Part shown: positions 1 to 13,138 of the stretch, in pieces
Layout: every line of letters begins with the position of its first letter
How positions within the stretch are numbered: the stretch's first letter is position 1
Source: the human T2T-CHM13v2.0 reference genome, Homo sapiens
DNA length: 64,000 bases
Assembly (NCBI RefSeq): GCF_009914755.1
Contig: NC_060935.1
Reading direction: 5' to 3' (one strand)
Notes under the pieces: generated by a model
Databases searched by the model: none
What the model was told of the DNA's origin: nothing
The model's input: the letters and a program-made list of their open reading frames with translations, nothing else
Program-made: the position numbers and the translations under genes

Positions 1-1148
1 AGACTTAAATGTTAGACCTAAAACCATAAAAACCCTCTATAGAAGAAAACCTAGGCAATACCATTCAGGACATAGGCATGGGAAAAAATTCATGACTCAA
101 ACACCAAAAGCAATGGCAACAAAAGCCAAAACAAACAAATGGGATCTAATTAAAGTAAAGAGCTTCTGCACAGCAAAAGAAACTACCATCAGAGTGAACA
201 GGCAACCTACAGAATGGGAGAAAATTTTTGCAATCTACCCACCTGACAAAGGGCTAATATCCAGAATCTACAAAGAACTTAAACAAATTTACCAGAAAAA
301 AACAACCCCATCGAAAAGCAGGCAAAGGATATGAACAGACACTTCTCAAAAGAAGACATTTATGCAGCCAACAGACACATGAAAAAATGCTCAACATCAC
401 TAGTTATCAGAGAAATGCAAATCAAAACCACAATGAGATACCATCTCATGCCACTTAGAATGGCGATCATTAAAACGTCAGGAAACAACAGATGCTAGAG
501 AGGATGTGGAGAAATAAGAATGCTTTCACACTGTTGGTGGGATTGTAAATTAGTTCATCCATTGTGGAAGACAGTGTGGCGATTCCTCAAGGATCTAGAA
601 CTAGAAATACCATTTGACCCAGCAATCCCAATCCTGGGTATAGACCCAAAGGATGATAAATCATGCTACTATAAAGACACATGCACACGTATGTTTATTG
701 TGTCACTATTTACAAGAGCAAAGACTTGGAACCAACCGAAATGTCCTTCAATGATAGACTGGATTAAGAATATGTGGCACATATACACCATGGAATACTA
801 TGCAGCCATAAAAATGGATGAGTTCATGTCCTTTGCAGGGACATGGATGAAGCTGGAAACCATCATTCTCAGCAAACTATCGCAAGGTCAGAAAACCAAA
901 CACTGCATGTTCTCACTCATAGGTGGGAATTGAACAATGAGAACACTTGGACACCGGGAGGGGAACATCACAGACCGGGGCCTATCGGGGGGTGGGGGGC
1001 TGAGGGACGGATAACATTAGGAGAAATACCTGATGTAAATTACGAGTTGATGGGTGCAGCAAACCAACATGGCACATGTATACCCATGTAACGAACCTGC
1101 ACGCTGTGCACATGTACCCTAGAACTTAAAGTATAATAATAAAAAAAA
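1..1148 (+). mobile_element. 3' part of an older primate L1 (L1PA6-like), cut by the window edge; ORF2 frameshifted
   Basis: ORFs 92-334 and 520-933 match the ORF2p C-terminus (ending SLIGGN) in different frames; 4-bp insertion near 37-40; 3' UTR ends CCCTAGAACTTAAAGTATAATAAT plus a short A-tail. Confidence 0.9.
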
Positions 1149-1592
1149 GAGAGAGCATTGGGAAATTAGAGATTGACTGTATTGGTTAATGGCAAAATGG
1201 TAAGCTTGACTCCTCCCAAAGAGTTGGAGCTTTCCAACATTCCAACAGTTTGGGCCGCGCCTTTCCTTTCTTCTTCCACATCCTGCTTTTGCCAGGGCTT
1301 GCCCCACCTCCAGCCCCAGCCCCCTTGCCCTCAACTACTTGAATCAATAATTAAGCCCCTGCAGCCAGAAAGTCGAAATGCCTGAAAATTGTAGTCTGCA
1401 GTGCTACAGATGGCAAGTTCAAAGCTTTCCTACCTGTTGAGACCTGAGCCCAGGTTCTCAATTGCTGATGAAGTCAGCAATGTTTATGGCAAATGCAGTA
1501 AGTGAAACAATAGCCTCCAGGTTGTAATACAGGCCTTGGCAGGCATGTGACAGAGAAGGTTTGTTATATGCTTAAGGATGTGTCGAAAACTC

Positions 1593-1676
1593 CATTAACT
1601 GAAAGCAGGGTAGTGTGGATGGGCGGCATGGGGGCATTAACTGAAAGCAGGGGAGTGTGGATGGGCAGGTTGGGGG
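1593..1676. repeat. 42-bp tandem duplication (2 copies)
   Basis: CATTAACTGAAAGCAGGG(T/G)AGTGTGGATGGGC starts at 1593 and again at 1635. Confidence 0.85.
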
Positions 1677-2119
1677 AGTGGGGCGGAGATGGCTAGGCAA
1701 CACTTTGTATTCTTTTTTGAGTTTAACTATTGATGGTGCTCTAGCATGTGACTGCTGGATATCCACTGCAAAGAATTGATATCACTAAACATCGGGGGAT
1801 CTAATTGCATTCAGAGCCCTTCAACTAAATAAAAATTTCCAGAATATCTACTATGTTTATATGATAACACTCTTTTGAAAACACTACATTATAAAAATCA
1901 GGAATTTAGTGTCCTAGTATTTTTGATTTGGTTAAGGAAACAAGATTAAAACACCAGAAATAATTAGAAGCTAATTTATGTAGTTTTGGAAGCTATTTGG
2001 TTTTATGATTGAAATTTTCTGCCTATTCACAAACTGCTCTTATTTTCAACTCAATTTAACAAGGCTTTATTGTGTACCTAGTTTTTGCTAAGTACTATAC
2101 AGTGCAATGTAATATCATG

Positions 2120-2310
2120 AGCATAAGTTTAAAATTAGACCTAGTTTCAAATTCTGACCCTGCTATTTACTAGTTGCATGATTTTTAAGAAACTTCTAGA
2201 ATCACTGTTTCCTACATAATAACTTTCGTCTTTTAGGATTTTGTTAAAACTGTATCTTAATGCATGCAAGTCACCTAGTACAGTGCTTAGTAGACATTGG
2301 ATGAATGATG
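2120..2310 (+). mobile_element. MIR fragment
   Basis: AGACCTAGTTTCAAATTCTGACCCTGCTATTTACTAGTTGCATGA resembles the MIR core. Confidence 0.55.
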
Positions 2311-4287
2311 CCTTTGTTATTCTAGGCATTGTGAAGACTACAGAAATGAGCAAGAGATAATCCCTGCTTTTAAAGAGTTCATTATATAATTATAAACAAC
2401 AATGCCAGAGCTGAGTAAAGGTGACCCAGGACATTTTTCCACTTAAATTTAATTTGAATTTGGTTCTGCATTTACTTTTGAGGCTACAAAGTTTTGTACT
2501 TCTGTTTTGTGAGGCAAAACTATACCAATAACCAAGGGGCAAACTCAAAATTTCAACACCTTTCTTTTTACTACTACTAGACCTAGCATATATGGGATGG
2601 CAGAAGAATGTGTGACTCAGGATAAATGGAAATGAAGCTCAGCTGATCTTTTGTCATTCTCCACATTTTAAACTAGGACATCTACTTTTAAGGACTCTTA
2701 GTGAAAATGACAGGAATTGACTCAACGTAGCTTCAGCCAAGTATTGCATATAGTAGAGCATTACCTCTACTTGAAGAAAGAGCACCCAGGTTAGTCCAGC
2801 ATGGGTCATGTGGTTGTCATTGAGCCAATTCTTTTAGCTACAGGGATGTTGGTCTCTAATTGGCCAGGTCTGGGTCAAGTGATTTTCCTCTTGCTGTTGC
2901 TGGTTGGCCAGAACCAATAGTCATCTCACTGAGTCTATTCTGCCTGGTGAACTACATGTTCTCTTGCAGAGCTGAAACTCCTGGAGAAGAAATCAGCTTC
3001 TTGAGACTGTTTAAAACCTCACTGATTCTCCAAATTTCAGTGAGGCCACTAGCCTTAAGGAGATTTTGTTGTACAAAGACTACTACTTTGGAGGAGGCTA
3101 TAGACTTGAGTAGCCCATCCAACTCCATTACGCAATTATTTGAGAGAGACCTAATTTCATCGACTGCTTACTCAGGGAAGACGAGCTGTGTTCCCTTGAG
3201 CCAAAAGTCAAATGTGCCAGTATTAACACTAGACAAAAGGGAAATGTCATAAACGGCCAAATGCCTCCATGCTCCTGCACAAGCCAATGCATCACAGGCA
3301 CAGTAACCTCCTGGAGTTTTCTTATCTCTATGGGCTAGATCTTGTCTGTTCTCATCACCAGCACCACACCAAATCATTCTCAATGGGCTTCTACTATTTT
3401 CATGCTACCAGAGACAGTCACCTATATAGTATGATTTCAAACGTTACAGGAAATTTCCCTCTCCCTTCCCTAAACTATCCAAGCCACCCAATAATATCAT
3501 CTGAAAATCGTATCCTCAGTGTCCTTTTTAGGGATTTTCTTGAGAATGAGTCCTGTTAGAACACTAGGCTGAGTTAAAAAAAAAAAAAGTTACTTGTGTT
3601 CATTTTGAAACCAACTAACTACAACCAAATGTTGGATGACTCTCTTCACTTTGGAGAATCTATTTTCTCAACTGTCAAACCAGAAGTTTGGAGAGGACAT
3701 ACAAGACTCCTTAAAAGTAACTTAATAAACTTCCTGGCACACAGCAGGTATTTGATGAGGGTTGATTGGTCTTTGCTTCTCCTTTCCCTCTCCCACCTTC
3801 ACATTTTGTGATTCAGTGTCTGATTGACTTCTTGGGCTATTCACTCATTATCAGGAAAAAGAAAGCAGAAAGTGGGATCTGAGATGATGAAATTTTGGTT
3901 TGGAAGAGGGAAGAAGTAAAAGCATAAATATATTTTGGGTTACTATCAAATAATGGCATCTTTTATTTTAAACACTTCACCTAAACCTGGTAAACATGCT
4001 AGAGGCCAGCACACAGCAATTGGAAGTCAACATTTTTGGTTATATTCATGAGCCACTCTCACCCTGATTCCAGGACCCTCTTTTTATAACCTGTCCCTAT
4101 AAATAGCCAGGACTTTCAAAAGTAAATTTCTCTGGGCATATGAGAGACAGATGAGAGAGGGAGGGAAGGAGGAATGAAAGAAGAAGAGGAGGATGAGGGG
4201 AAGAAAGAAGAATTTAGGAGAATCAGAATTTTGGAGAATCAGAAAAAGGGGCTCAGAAGAAAACATGGAACAGAGGGAGCAAGAACT

Positions 4288-4325
4288 AGAGAGAGAGAGA
4301 CAGACAGAGAGAGAGAGAGAGAGAG

Positions 4326-4385
<60 letters not shown>
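4288..4385. repeat. Compound microsatellite (GA)n-(GT)14-(GA)14
   Basis: Read directly from the sequence. Confidence 0.97.
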
Positions 4386-4387
<2 letters not shown>

Positions 4388-5131
4388 TAAGAGCAAGCAG
4401 TCAATATTGAGAGAAAGCAGTGGATTATGGGAGACTACCATGGGCAAATTCCCGATAGTTCAGAAGCTAAAGAATAATTTAAGAAGGGAGATGACTGATG
4501 TTCAATTTAAAATTGTTTCTGTTGGCTCTTTAGTTGGGATATTAGAATCATAATTATAGTATTCACAAATGTTTCTGTGTTTAAGGAGTTTATTTTATTT
4601 TGCTTTTGTCTTCTAATTAAAGGAAGGTCATGAGGTTTGTTTCTGGATTATTCTAGTTTGAAACAAAGAGAGTACTTTGAGGCAACATAAATCCCCCAAG
4701 AATTGGCAGAAATATGTTAAAAGCCTTTGAACTTCTACAAGACATGAAGTAGTCATTCCAATAAATTTTGTGTGGGTTTTAAGTGGTTAGATGATCCCAA
4801 CTGACATTTGGGTTACACATGTAAGGCACCCAGGATAGAATACATACTAGTTGTGCCTAGGAGGTGGCCTAGCTTAAGTGCTGCCTGGATGCATGGTGTG
4901 CCCAAAGAATGGCTACAGATTCCAGTCTAGCCCAAAGACCAGACTGGCCTAGACACTTAGTCTCCTTCATGATTAAAGTGGACAGACTACCCTGTCTCTA
5001 TTCCCACAAAGAAACTTCAGATTTTAAAACACTTTTCATCTTTTTGCAGGTGCTTATGTTTTGCAAAAATGGAGACTGGGGCCAGGCTGCAGTGATTCTC
5101 TCCTAACCTGCCTAGCAGTGCCCCTGGTACA

Positions 5132-5578
5132 TGTATGGCAGATGCAACTGACAGCAATAACTTATGCATACCCTGAAAATGACCCTATGGTCTAAGCAGA
5201 ATGTGTGTTCAGAGTTACAAGCTAAGAACCTGGGAGTAGCCAACCTAGAGATTTAGTCCTTATCTATGACGGACATTCAAACCTCTGACCCATTTCTTGG
5301 AACACAGGCTGTACTGGCGATCAAGGCCCTTTGTTTTGAGTTAAATGAGGGTTGCTAGGTGAAGGTTGCTAGGTAGAGGGAGCTAAGTGAAAATACTATA
5401 CAAACCACATGCTTTTTACAAATCGTAGTGGTTCTCCTGTCCAGTCCACAGCCACTGAATGGCCCCATATGTAAGTCCACAATAAACCCCATGTCTTATT
5501 TGCTGGCTCCTGTTCTCTTCTTCAGCCTCTTGGACATGGTGCCATCCCTATTGGAGTCAATAGGGGTCTAGCATAACA
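5132..5578 (+). mobile_element. Solo ERVL LTR (LTR47-like)
   Basis: TG...CA termini; perfect 5-bp TSD GTACA (5127-5131 and 5579-5583); AATAAA at 5481; start TGTATGGCAGATGCAACTGACAGCAATAAC resembles LTR47. Confidence 0.85.
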
Positions 5579-6256
5579 GTACATAATGTAGATTAATTGA
5601 TGTAGTTTGATGGGCCTGAGTCATCATTGGCAATTGTCTGCTAGTGAGGAGGTACCTAACTGCTGCACTGCCAGGTTTGGGTTCTAGTGTCTGGGTGACT
5701 CCCCCTTCCTGCATTTCCATATTCCCACACTCACTGACGTTTATCCAGGTCAACCAGTTCTCAGGCTGGGCTCTTTCCACTATGGGTAGCCGCATCCTGA
5801 ACTACAATGCTTTACTGTAAGCAATGAACATAAATCAGATAGTGCAAGGAAAGTAAAAACCCAGCTGGGAATTCAAATCTATGAGAAAGAAACCACTCTC
5901 TTGAAGAAGGTAGAAATGAAGACCGAAAAAAGATAAGTGGATGAACAAACTTCAATAGCTTCTTTGACGCACCCTTCTTGTAAAAGGGCTCCAATGTCCT
6001 AAAATGATATTGCAGAGTATGCAATGATTCCCTTTCCTTCCTCCACCATCATTCCCAATCTTGCCTGTGTTCCTATAGTTGACCCTGCCATAATGCTCTC
6101 CCTCCTCCATTTAGAAACTCTAAGCCTTCTCCACTCTTCAAGGCTATAGGCTTTCCAGCCAAGACTGTAAGTTCCTCTGGGGCAGAGCTCTATCTGCCCC
6201 GTTCACTGAATATCCAGTGCCTGGCGGGGCTCTCCATAGATATTTTAAGTTTAGAT

Positions 6257-6361
6257 AGGAAGGAAGGAAGGAAGGAAGGAAGGGAAGAAGGAAGGAAGGA
6301 AGGAAGGTAGGAAGGAAAGAAGGAAAGAAGGAAGGAAGGAGGGAGCAAGGGAGGGAAGGAA
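6257..6361 (+). repeat. (GGAA)n microsatellite following an L2 3'-end fragment
   Basis: Six perfect GGAA units at 6258-6281, then interrupted units; L2-like AAGACTGTAAGTTCCTCTGGGGCAG upstream at about 6161. Confidence 0.93.
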
Positions 6362-8934
6362 CTGTACTGGCCCATACTATCTCTGCTTCCATTGAACAAT
6401 TGTATTTATAGTCACTTCCTAATGGTAGAACTGAAGGCTTCCCACTGTTTTACCTGTGTGTGACAACCCCTTGAAGGCAGAGAATTCTACTTCACTATTT
6501 AATACCCTTCCAGTTCCTATTAGGACCTTAGTAAATACTCAAGTGAAAGAATGGCTTGTTTAGAGGCCTCAGTTATGGGCTGTGTACAGGCCCAGTGTTC
6601 TCAGCACTCAGTATTGCTGCTCTTTGTTAATTACAACCAGCCTGACTGTCCACTCCCAGCAACCCCACGGAACAAAACAGGACTCTTGGACCTGCTGGGG
6701 AGAAACACAGCCAAATTCTACTCCTCGTGCACCTCTGTGGAAACAACTCACCGTGACTTTTACTGTCTGAATGACACTGCCTGCCTAAAACTTCAGGCTC
6801 AATATTAATATTTTCATGGTTATTATCATTATTTTTAATACAATCAAATAGGGATTTTATTAGTTTCAGAGGGAAGACATTGTCATATTCCTAGTACTCA
6901 AGCTGTAGCTACCGGTTAAGGATCATCGGGCTTCTCCTCACAATCCCAGTGACCTGGAGATTACTTTAAACTCCCTAATCCTGGTTCCTTATTTCTAAAA
7001 CAAGCTGTAGAGAGGACAAGGAGAAGTCATCTATTCCCTGGCCCTTTTGCTGGCACAGACCCTCTACACTTTGAGCTCCCCTGACTTGTTATGGGCCCTG
7101 GAGACCTCATTCCTTACCTGCCCAGGTAATTAAAATAATTTTCCAGTACCACACTCTGTTATTCACTCCTTTTACAGGCTATTGCTCATGGGTTTCTAAT
7201 AGTTACCTCTGGACTCTTAATTTGGAAAACTGTCCGGACTCTATTTTCAGGTATATTGGGCTCAGATCTTGCATGTCTCCAGGATTTGCAAATCTGAATT
7301 TTGGGTGCCTTCACCCCACCAACTCTCCAGTTTCCAAGAACACATCCCCTTCATCAGTCCCACATTGTGGGGAACCTCATGCAGAGCAAGTATTGGGCCC
7401 CAGTTACCCAGGGGAGGAAAATATAGGCAAGTGTTGTTAAAATGTAAGGTTTGATCTATCAGGGGTTGAAGAAGTGGTTCCATCTTACCTAGCTGCTTCA
7501 AACTGTCCAGGCCCCTCTGGCCAAATGCACCCCATAAAAGGGGTCCAGTGCCCTGATGGTCTACATGTGCCCATTTCCAATACTGATTCTGTTTGCCCTC
7601 TGCATGTTCCAACTCACTGTGTTATTTTCTTATTCCTCATTTTTAGTCTCACCCTAATCTTCGTATTTGGCCCCTGACTCTGCTTTTGGCTATAACCATG
7701 GCCCTTTCAGCAAAGCTTCTGGTGTCACCTCGGTTTTGACTCAGGTTGCCTGCGGTCTCCCTGGGCCCTGGCCTCCTTCTCCCCATCCGCTGTCCTGATA
7801 GCCATGCTTTACTGGACCTGCCCTGAGAGATGGAAGGTCCTGTCAGAATGAGGGGTCTTTCCAATCAAAGATTCTAGGGTTTTCTGAAGCCCAGGTTCAA
7901 ATGAAGGTCAGAAAGTATAGTTCTGATAAAGAGAATCCTATGAGTTTAAGAGCTCAGGGGACAGATTGGACATAATGGAAGAAGGAATGGAAGGGGCAGT
8001 TAGGAGGAAGGTGGAGATTATCTGCTTGGTGAGAAAGGAGGAAAGAACAGAATTACTGCTATATGTTGGTGCTCCTATATTTTATTTTTACCCAGAAAAT
8101 TATCACAAAGGTGATTTTTGGAAGGAATTTCTTGGTTCTAACATAATTATAGAAACAGTGGATTTGACAACTCCAAACTGACAAAAGTTGTAGGCACTTG
8201 AGCCTGAGCCCAAAGAAATAGAAGGGAGAAATCCTATGGCCTTTCTATTTCCTCCTGCCTCCTTCTCTCCTTCTGCCACCTGTCAGCAATGAAGGGTGGG
8301 GACTGTGGGAGGCTGTTTTTCGAGAACTGCACATACTTTATCAGGTTGTCTGAAAATCTCAGAGGAACTGTCACTTGTTCAGTATCATATAATAAGATAC
8401 TGTAGGATTGTGATTTTTTTTTTCTTTCTTTAAATGCTGGAGAGAGCCAGCATAGGTTTGTAGGGCAACTACCCCCTTATTCAGAATCAGCATAGCAACA
8501 ACAAGGTGCTGAGGTCAGCCAGTACATGCAGTCAGTTTCCTTTGTTTGCTGTCAAGGATCCATCTCTTATCTTGGTGTCGAGTAGGTCTTTGTCCAACCT
8601 GGAGGTTGCATGGATTATCTCTGCGGGCAATGGGGTACTGTGCTTGCAAATGTATTTGTGTGAAATTGGGGACAGAGCCTGCTGCTGTGATTTGTAGTCA
8701 GTTGCCAAGACAAATTTGATATTGGAGCAATAACACACTCCATTGGCCCAACCATCCTTAAACAGACTCTATTACATCAACATGCTGAATTTACTTAAAA
8801 GGGTCTATGTGATGGGGTAGGAGAACTGCCAGGGGAAGGCTGATTGACTGTCTGACTAGCATGGCCTGGCAAGATAGTGACTTGATAAAGGGCTAAGGTT
8901 CTGGTTCTCAGCCTTGACCAGAAGAGCATCTATT

Positions 8935-9150
8935 CATTCAGCATCTTCTGCCACCCATGCCAGGCACTTTCACACACTATTTTATTTAAACCTGACTGCA
9001 AACCTGTTAAATGAGTATTATTAGCTCCAACTTACATGAGACTCAGAAGGTCAGGCAGCTTGCTTCAAGATCCATAGCTAATACCTGGTAGAGCTGGGAT
9101 TCAAACAAATGTCTTTTCACTCCAAAGCTAGTGTGCTTAATTACTACACA
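8935..9150 (-). mobile_element. MIR fragment
   Basis: GAGACTCAGAAGGTCAGGCAGCTTGCTTCAAGATCCATAGCTAAT...GAGCTGGGATTCAAAC. Confidence 0.65.
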
Positions 9151-9387
9151 ATTTACCTATCCTTACAGAAACCAAAATTGGAGCAATTAATATACTCAGA
9201 GATGACTAGACTTTTGGTGGAAGGCAAGAATTACAGAATCACAAGAGACTGCTGAGTAAGATGCATGGCTCATTTGTTTACCTCTCTAGTGAGCAGAATG
9301 CCAGTGGCCCCTAGCAGTGGTGAGAGATCCCGGGAGCTGAGTCAGGAATCAGGAAGTTATTTGGTGCGCAGGAATGAGAAGATAGTG

Positions 9388-9724
9388 AAGCTCTCTGAAC
9401 TCTATCATTTAGAGTTTTTAATGGCAATTCCATTATATAGGCATGATTGATTAAATCACTGACCATTGGTGATTGATTCAATCTCCAGCTCCTCTCACCT
9501 CCCTGGAGGTCAGAGGGTGGGAGTTGAAAATTCTAACCCTCTAATCCTGCCTTGGTCTTTCTGGCAACCAGCTCCCATCCTGAGGCTATCTAGGGACTAT
9601 TGGCCATCTCATTAGCAAAAAGACACTCCTATTATTGTGGAGATTCTAAGGGCCTTAGAAGCTCTTATGTCAGGAACCCAGAATAAAATCCAAATATTTA
9701 TTTCTTATTATATTACAATATCAC
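9388..9724. mobile_element. MER21-like LTR fragment
   Basis: GGCATGATTGATTAAATCACTGACCATTGGTGATTG...CCCTGGAGGTCAGAGGGTGGG...CCAAATATTTATTTCTTATTAT resembles MER21. Confidence 0.7.
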
Positions 9725-9856
9725 TATTGTATCACGATAGCACAATGGGACTTATATTCTAGTGGAAAAGAGACAGACAATAAATAAGTGGATGAGTAAA
9801 TTACATATTATGTTAGAGGATGATAAGTGCCGTGAAACAATAAAAATGTAGAGCAG

Positions 9857-10361
9857 TGTCTCAGACTGGGTTCACCCCAAAGAAGACCCTGAGACAAGGG
9901 CTTTGGTGCAATTAGCTTATTAGGAGATGATCCCAGAAAGCATGCATAAGGGAGAAGAGAAATAGAGGCAGGAAAGGGAGAAAAGCCAGTTAATTGTTTG
10001 TTAATGAGCAGGGAGCTCAATCCTTCCGGAGACTCACTGAAAAATAGTGTAAAAATAGTGTAAAATAGTGTAATAACTCCCAACCCTGAGGGCTGGGAAA
10101 TCTAGGTTATTTATCCACCAACTCCATCCCTCATTACCTGAGGGGTACCTCTAAGGACATTAAATCCTCTCCTCTTCAGAACTGCCCCAATGGGCCTTGC
10201 AATCTTCAGTGGTAGAGAAAACCCTCAGAAAGTGAAACAGAAATGTGAGATGCCTAATGGGGAAAGCTGTCAACTTGTGGGGAACTGTTCACCATAGCCA
10301 CAGGTGATAGCCAAGGATGGGCTGAAGGATTATGGGCAGGATATCAACAGTGTCTACTTCA
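9857..10361. mobile_element. LTR16-like ERVL solo LTR inserted in an L2 (L2 pieces at about 9745-9856 and 10362-10710)
   Basis: Starts TGTCTCAGACTGGGTTCACCCCAAAGAAGACCCTGAGACAAGG; AGCAG at 9852-9856 and 10361-10365 is a candidate TSD; L2-like sequence resumes afterwards. Confidence 0.65.
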
Positions 10362-11909
10362 GCAGGGTAAAGGAGATCAGCAGTGCAAAGAGCTGGAAGG
10401 CTTGTTGCAGTTTTAAATTGGGTGGTCAAGATGGATTGATTAAGAAGATGACATTTGTACAAAGACTCAAAGGCTGTGAATGTCTGGAGGAAAGCATTTC
10501 AGGTAGAGCAAATAGCAGTGCCAAGACCCTAAGCTGGGATCCTGGAGCATTTAACACTTAGCAAAGAGGCTGAAGTGATTGAGTCCAGTGATCAAGGAGA
10601 AGAGAACTAAGACCTAAGAGCTGGAAGGGTAACACAGGCCTAGAGCATGATAGACCATGGAGGACATCATGAAGATGTTGGCTTCCACTGTAAGTGAAAT
10701 GGGAAGGAGTCAAAGAATTCTGAGACCTGCATTGCTGTAATTCTCTGGCAAAGTCAGTTGATGCTCTTTCTGGGGCTGACTTTCATTGTTATGGGTTCTG
10801 GAGTTCCACCACAATAAAAACAGAAATGAGAGGCCAGACAGCTCTCTCAGATAGTCCAGCCTGGATACATGGAACAAAAGCAAAAGTGGCCTTCCTTTCT
10901 TAAGAATACCTAGTGAGTTCTATTGATTGGAAACTTAGCCATTAGGTTCACTGTCTTTGAGACCTTTTCGTGTTGGCCATTCACTAACTTAGAGAGTTGA
11001 ATACTGGGCTTGTGGGAGAAGTTTCTGGGATATAAGAAAAAAAGGAATTTCATTTTGGTTATCATCTACATTATTTTTTGACTTTGTGTTTTCAGAATTA
11101 GAACAATTTACTTCTCATCCTTACAGTATCCTAGTGAGGAAGGTCTACTTTTATATTCTCAGTTTACAGATAAGGAACTCCAAACATAGTAAAGATCACA
11201 TTCAATTAGCAAGTGGCATTATAAGTTCTGTAGATCCCAGTTATAATCTATGGTTTCCAAACTACCCTAGAATATCTTGAAAGTCGTTAGGATTGGTATT
11301 CAAATGACAAAGGGGGCAATTTACAAGTAAATACATACATATTACATACACACACATGTGTATACATAATTTTCTATCTTCATATCTTCGGTTAAGCATA
11401 TGGTTGTTCCTAAAATATAAGTGTGAGATTGTTTCTATTTGTGTAAACAGAGTTACTTCTTAGAACACCAAGCAAAGGTAGAAATTGTATCAAGAACAGG
11501 AGGGACTGATCAACATTGGTAGTCATACCTAATAATCAAGTAGAAAGGGGATTGAACAGGTAAATGATGCCAGCAGCCACGTACCATCATTAAATAAAAA
11601 ATAGGTTCAACATTGTCTTCCAAAAAGATAAATTAACCAAATGCCCTTGGAAGAAAAGATAAGTATGTAGATATTATCTCTTATCTCATAGAAGATAAAA
11701 ATGCTTGATAGATTCCATTAAATTATAAGAAAATATTAATAAAGAGTATAAACATTTTTATAATGCTATCAAAACTATATATTGCAATGATGGAATATTT
11801 GATTTGGTAACAATGGCCAAGTAAGACTTAATGTATTGTTTCATGGCAAGACATAAGTTATAAAACAATAGAATCTATGTCAAAGTGTGGACCTTAAAAT
11901 TTTTATTAA

Positions 11910-12221
<312 letters not shown>

Positions 12222-12686
12222 AACAAGTTAAATTTAACAACAAAAAAGGAAGCTCAGTTTGTTGAACAGTGGCTTGGGTTTGAATCACCTTGGAAGAAAC
12301 AACAAAATCCTGAGAGTTGGGAAATAAGCCAGATCCTATAAGCTTGAGTGGCCTGAAAAGGTTTTTTTTTTTCTTTGTATCTAGAAAGATTTCTGCAACC
12401 TTGGGAAGGTGTCAATATATGTTATTGACATGCTGGAAAAGCAGCCAGATAAATAGGAACGACATATGTAAGTACAGAAATAAGGAAGAAATTCATGAAA
12501 CCCTAAGTGTTGATTCTTTAGAGCAGGATTAAATATTAGTGCTCTATGTTCTGTGGTAATTGTATTTTTATATAGTTTATTTTGCTGCTTATGGGATTTG
12601 AAGTGTTTAAATAAATCGATCACATTAAATTTACATCTGTTGCTGAAACACTTTAAAGGAATTAAGTTTGTAATCATTGTTAATGG

Positions 12687-13138
12687 TGTAAAAGTCAAAT
12701 AAAATAAGGAGACAAGTCTCCAAAATATTTTATTTGGAAAGAAAAAATTGCAATTCAGGGCATACACACAGACTGGGTGGACTTCGATATGTCTGAAAAA
12801 GTAACAGAAGGTTAGAGGTTTTACTTTAAAAAGAGAAATGTTACGTATTGCTCTTTGAGAAAGTTCATTGGCACTAGTAAAGTTTTGGGAGCTGGCAAGC
12901 TCTGACTGGTAAGTGACACTGTGGGCAAAAGTTGTCTTGGAGTTGTAGCAGATTGTTTCAGTAGCTATTAGATAAAACTGGTTCCAGGTTACAGCAGATA
13001 GTTTCAGCAGCCAGGCTTGCAGATAATTGTATTTTTGGAGCGATGCTATGTGTGCTGAGTGCTTTTTGCCTCCGGCTTCTCAACTTTGTTTTAGTTGGGT
13101 ATGGCAAGATGGCCCAATTCGTATGATCAACTTTCACA
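12687..13138 (-). mobile_element. ERV1 (MER4-group, MER87-like) solo LTR
   Basis: TG...CA termini; minus strand starts TGTGAAAGTTGATCATACGAATTGGG; flanks ATGG/ATGT (degraded 4-bp TSD). Confidence 0.7.

Noticed and set aside
4084-4410. ORFs with ERER/CVCV runs (similar at 6144-6399, 52092-52456, 57148-57431)
   Set aside because: Translations of microsatellites
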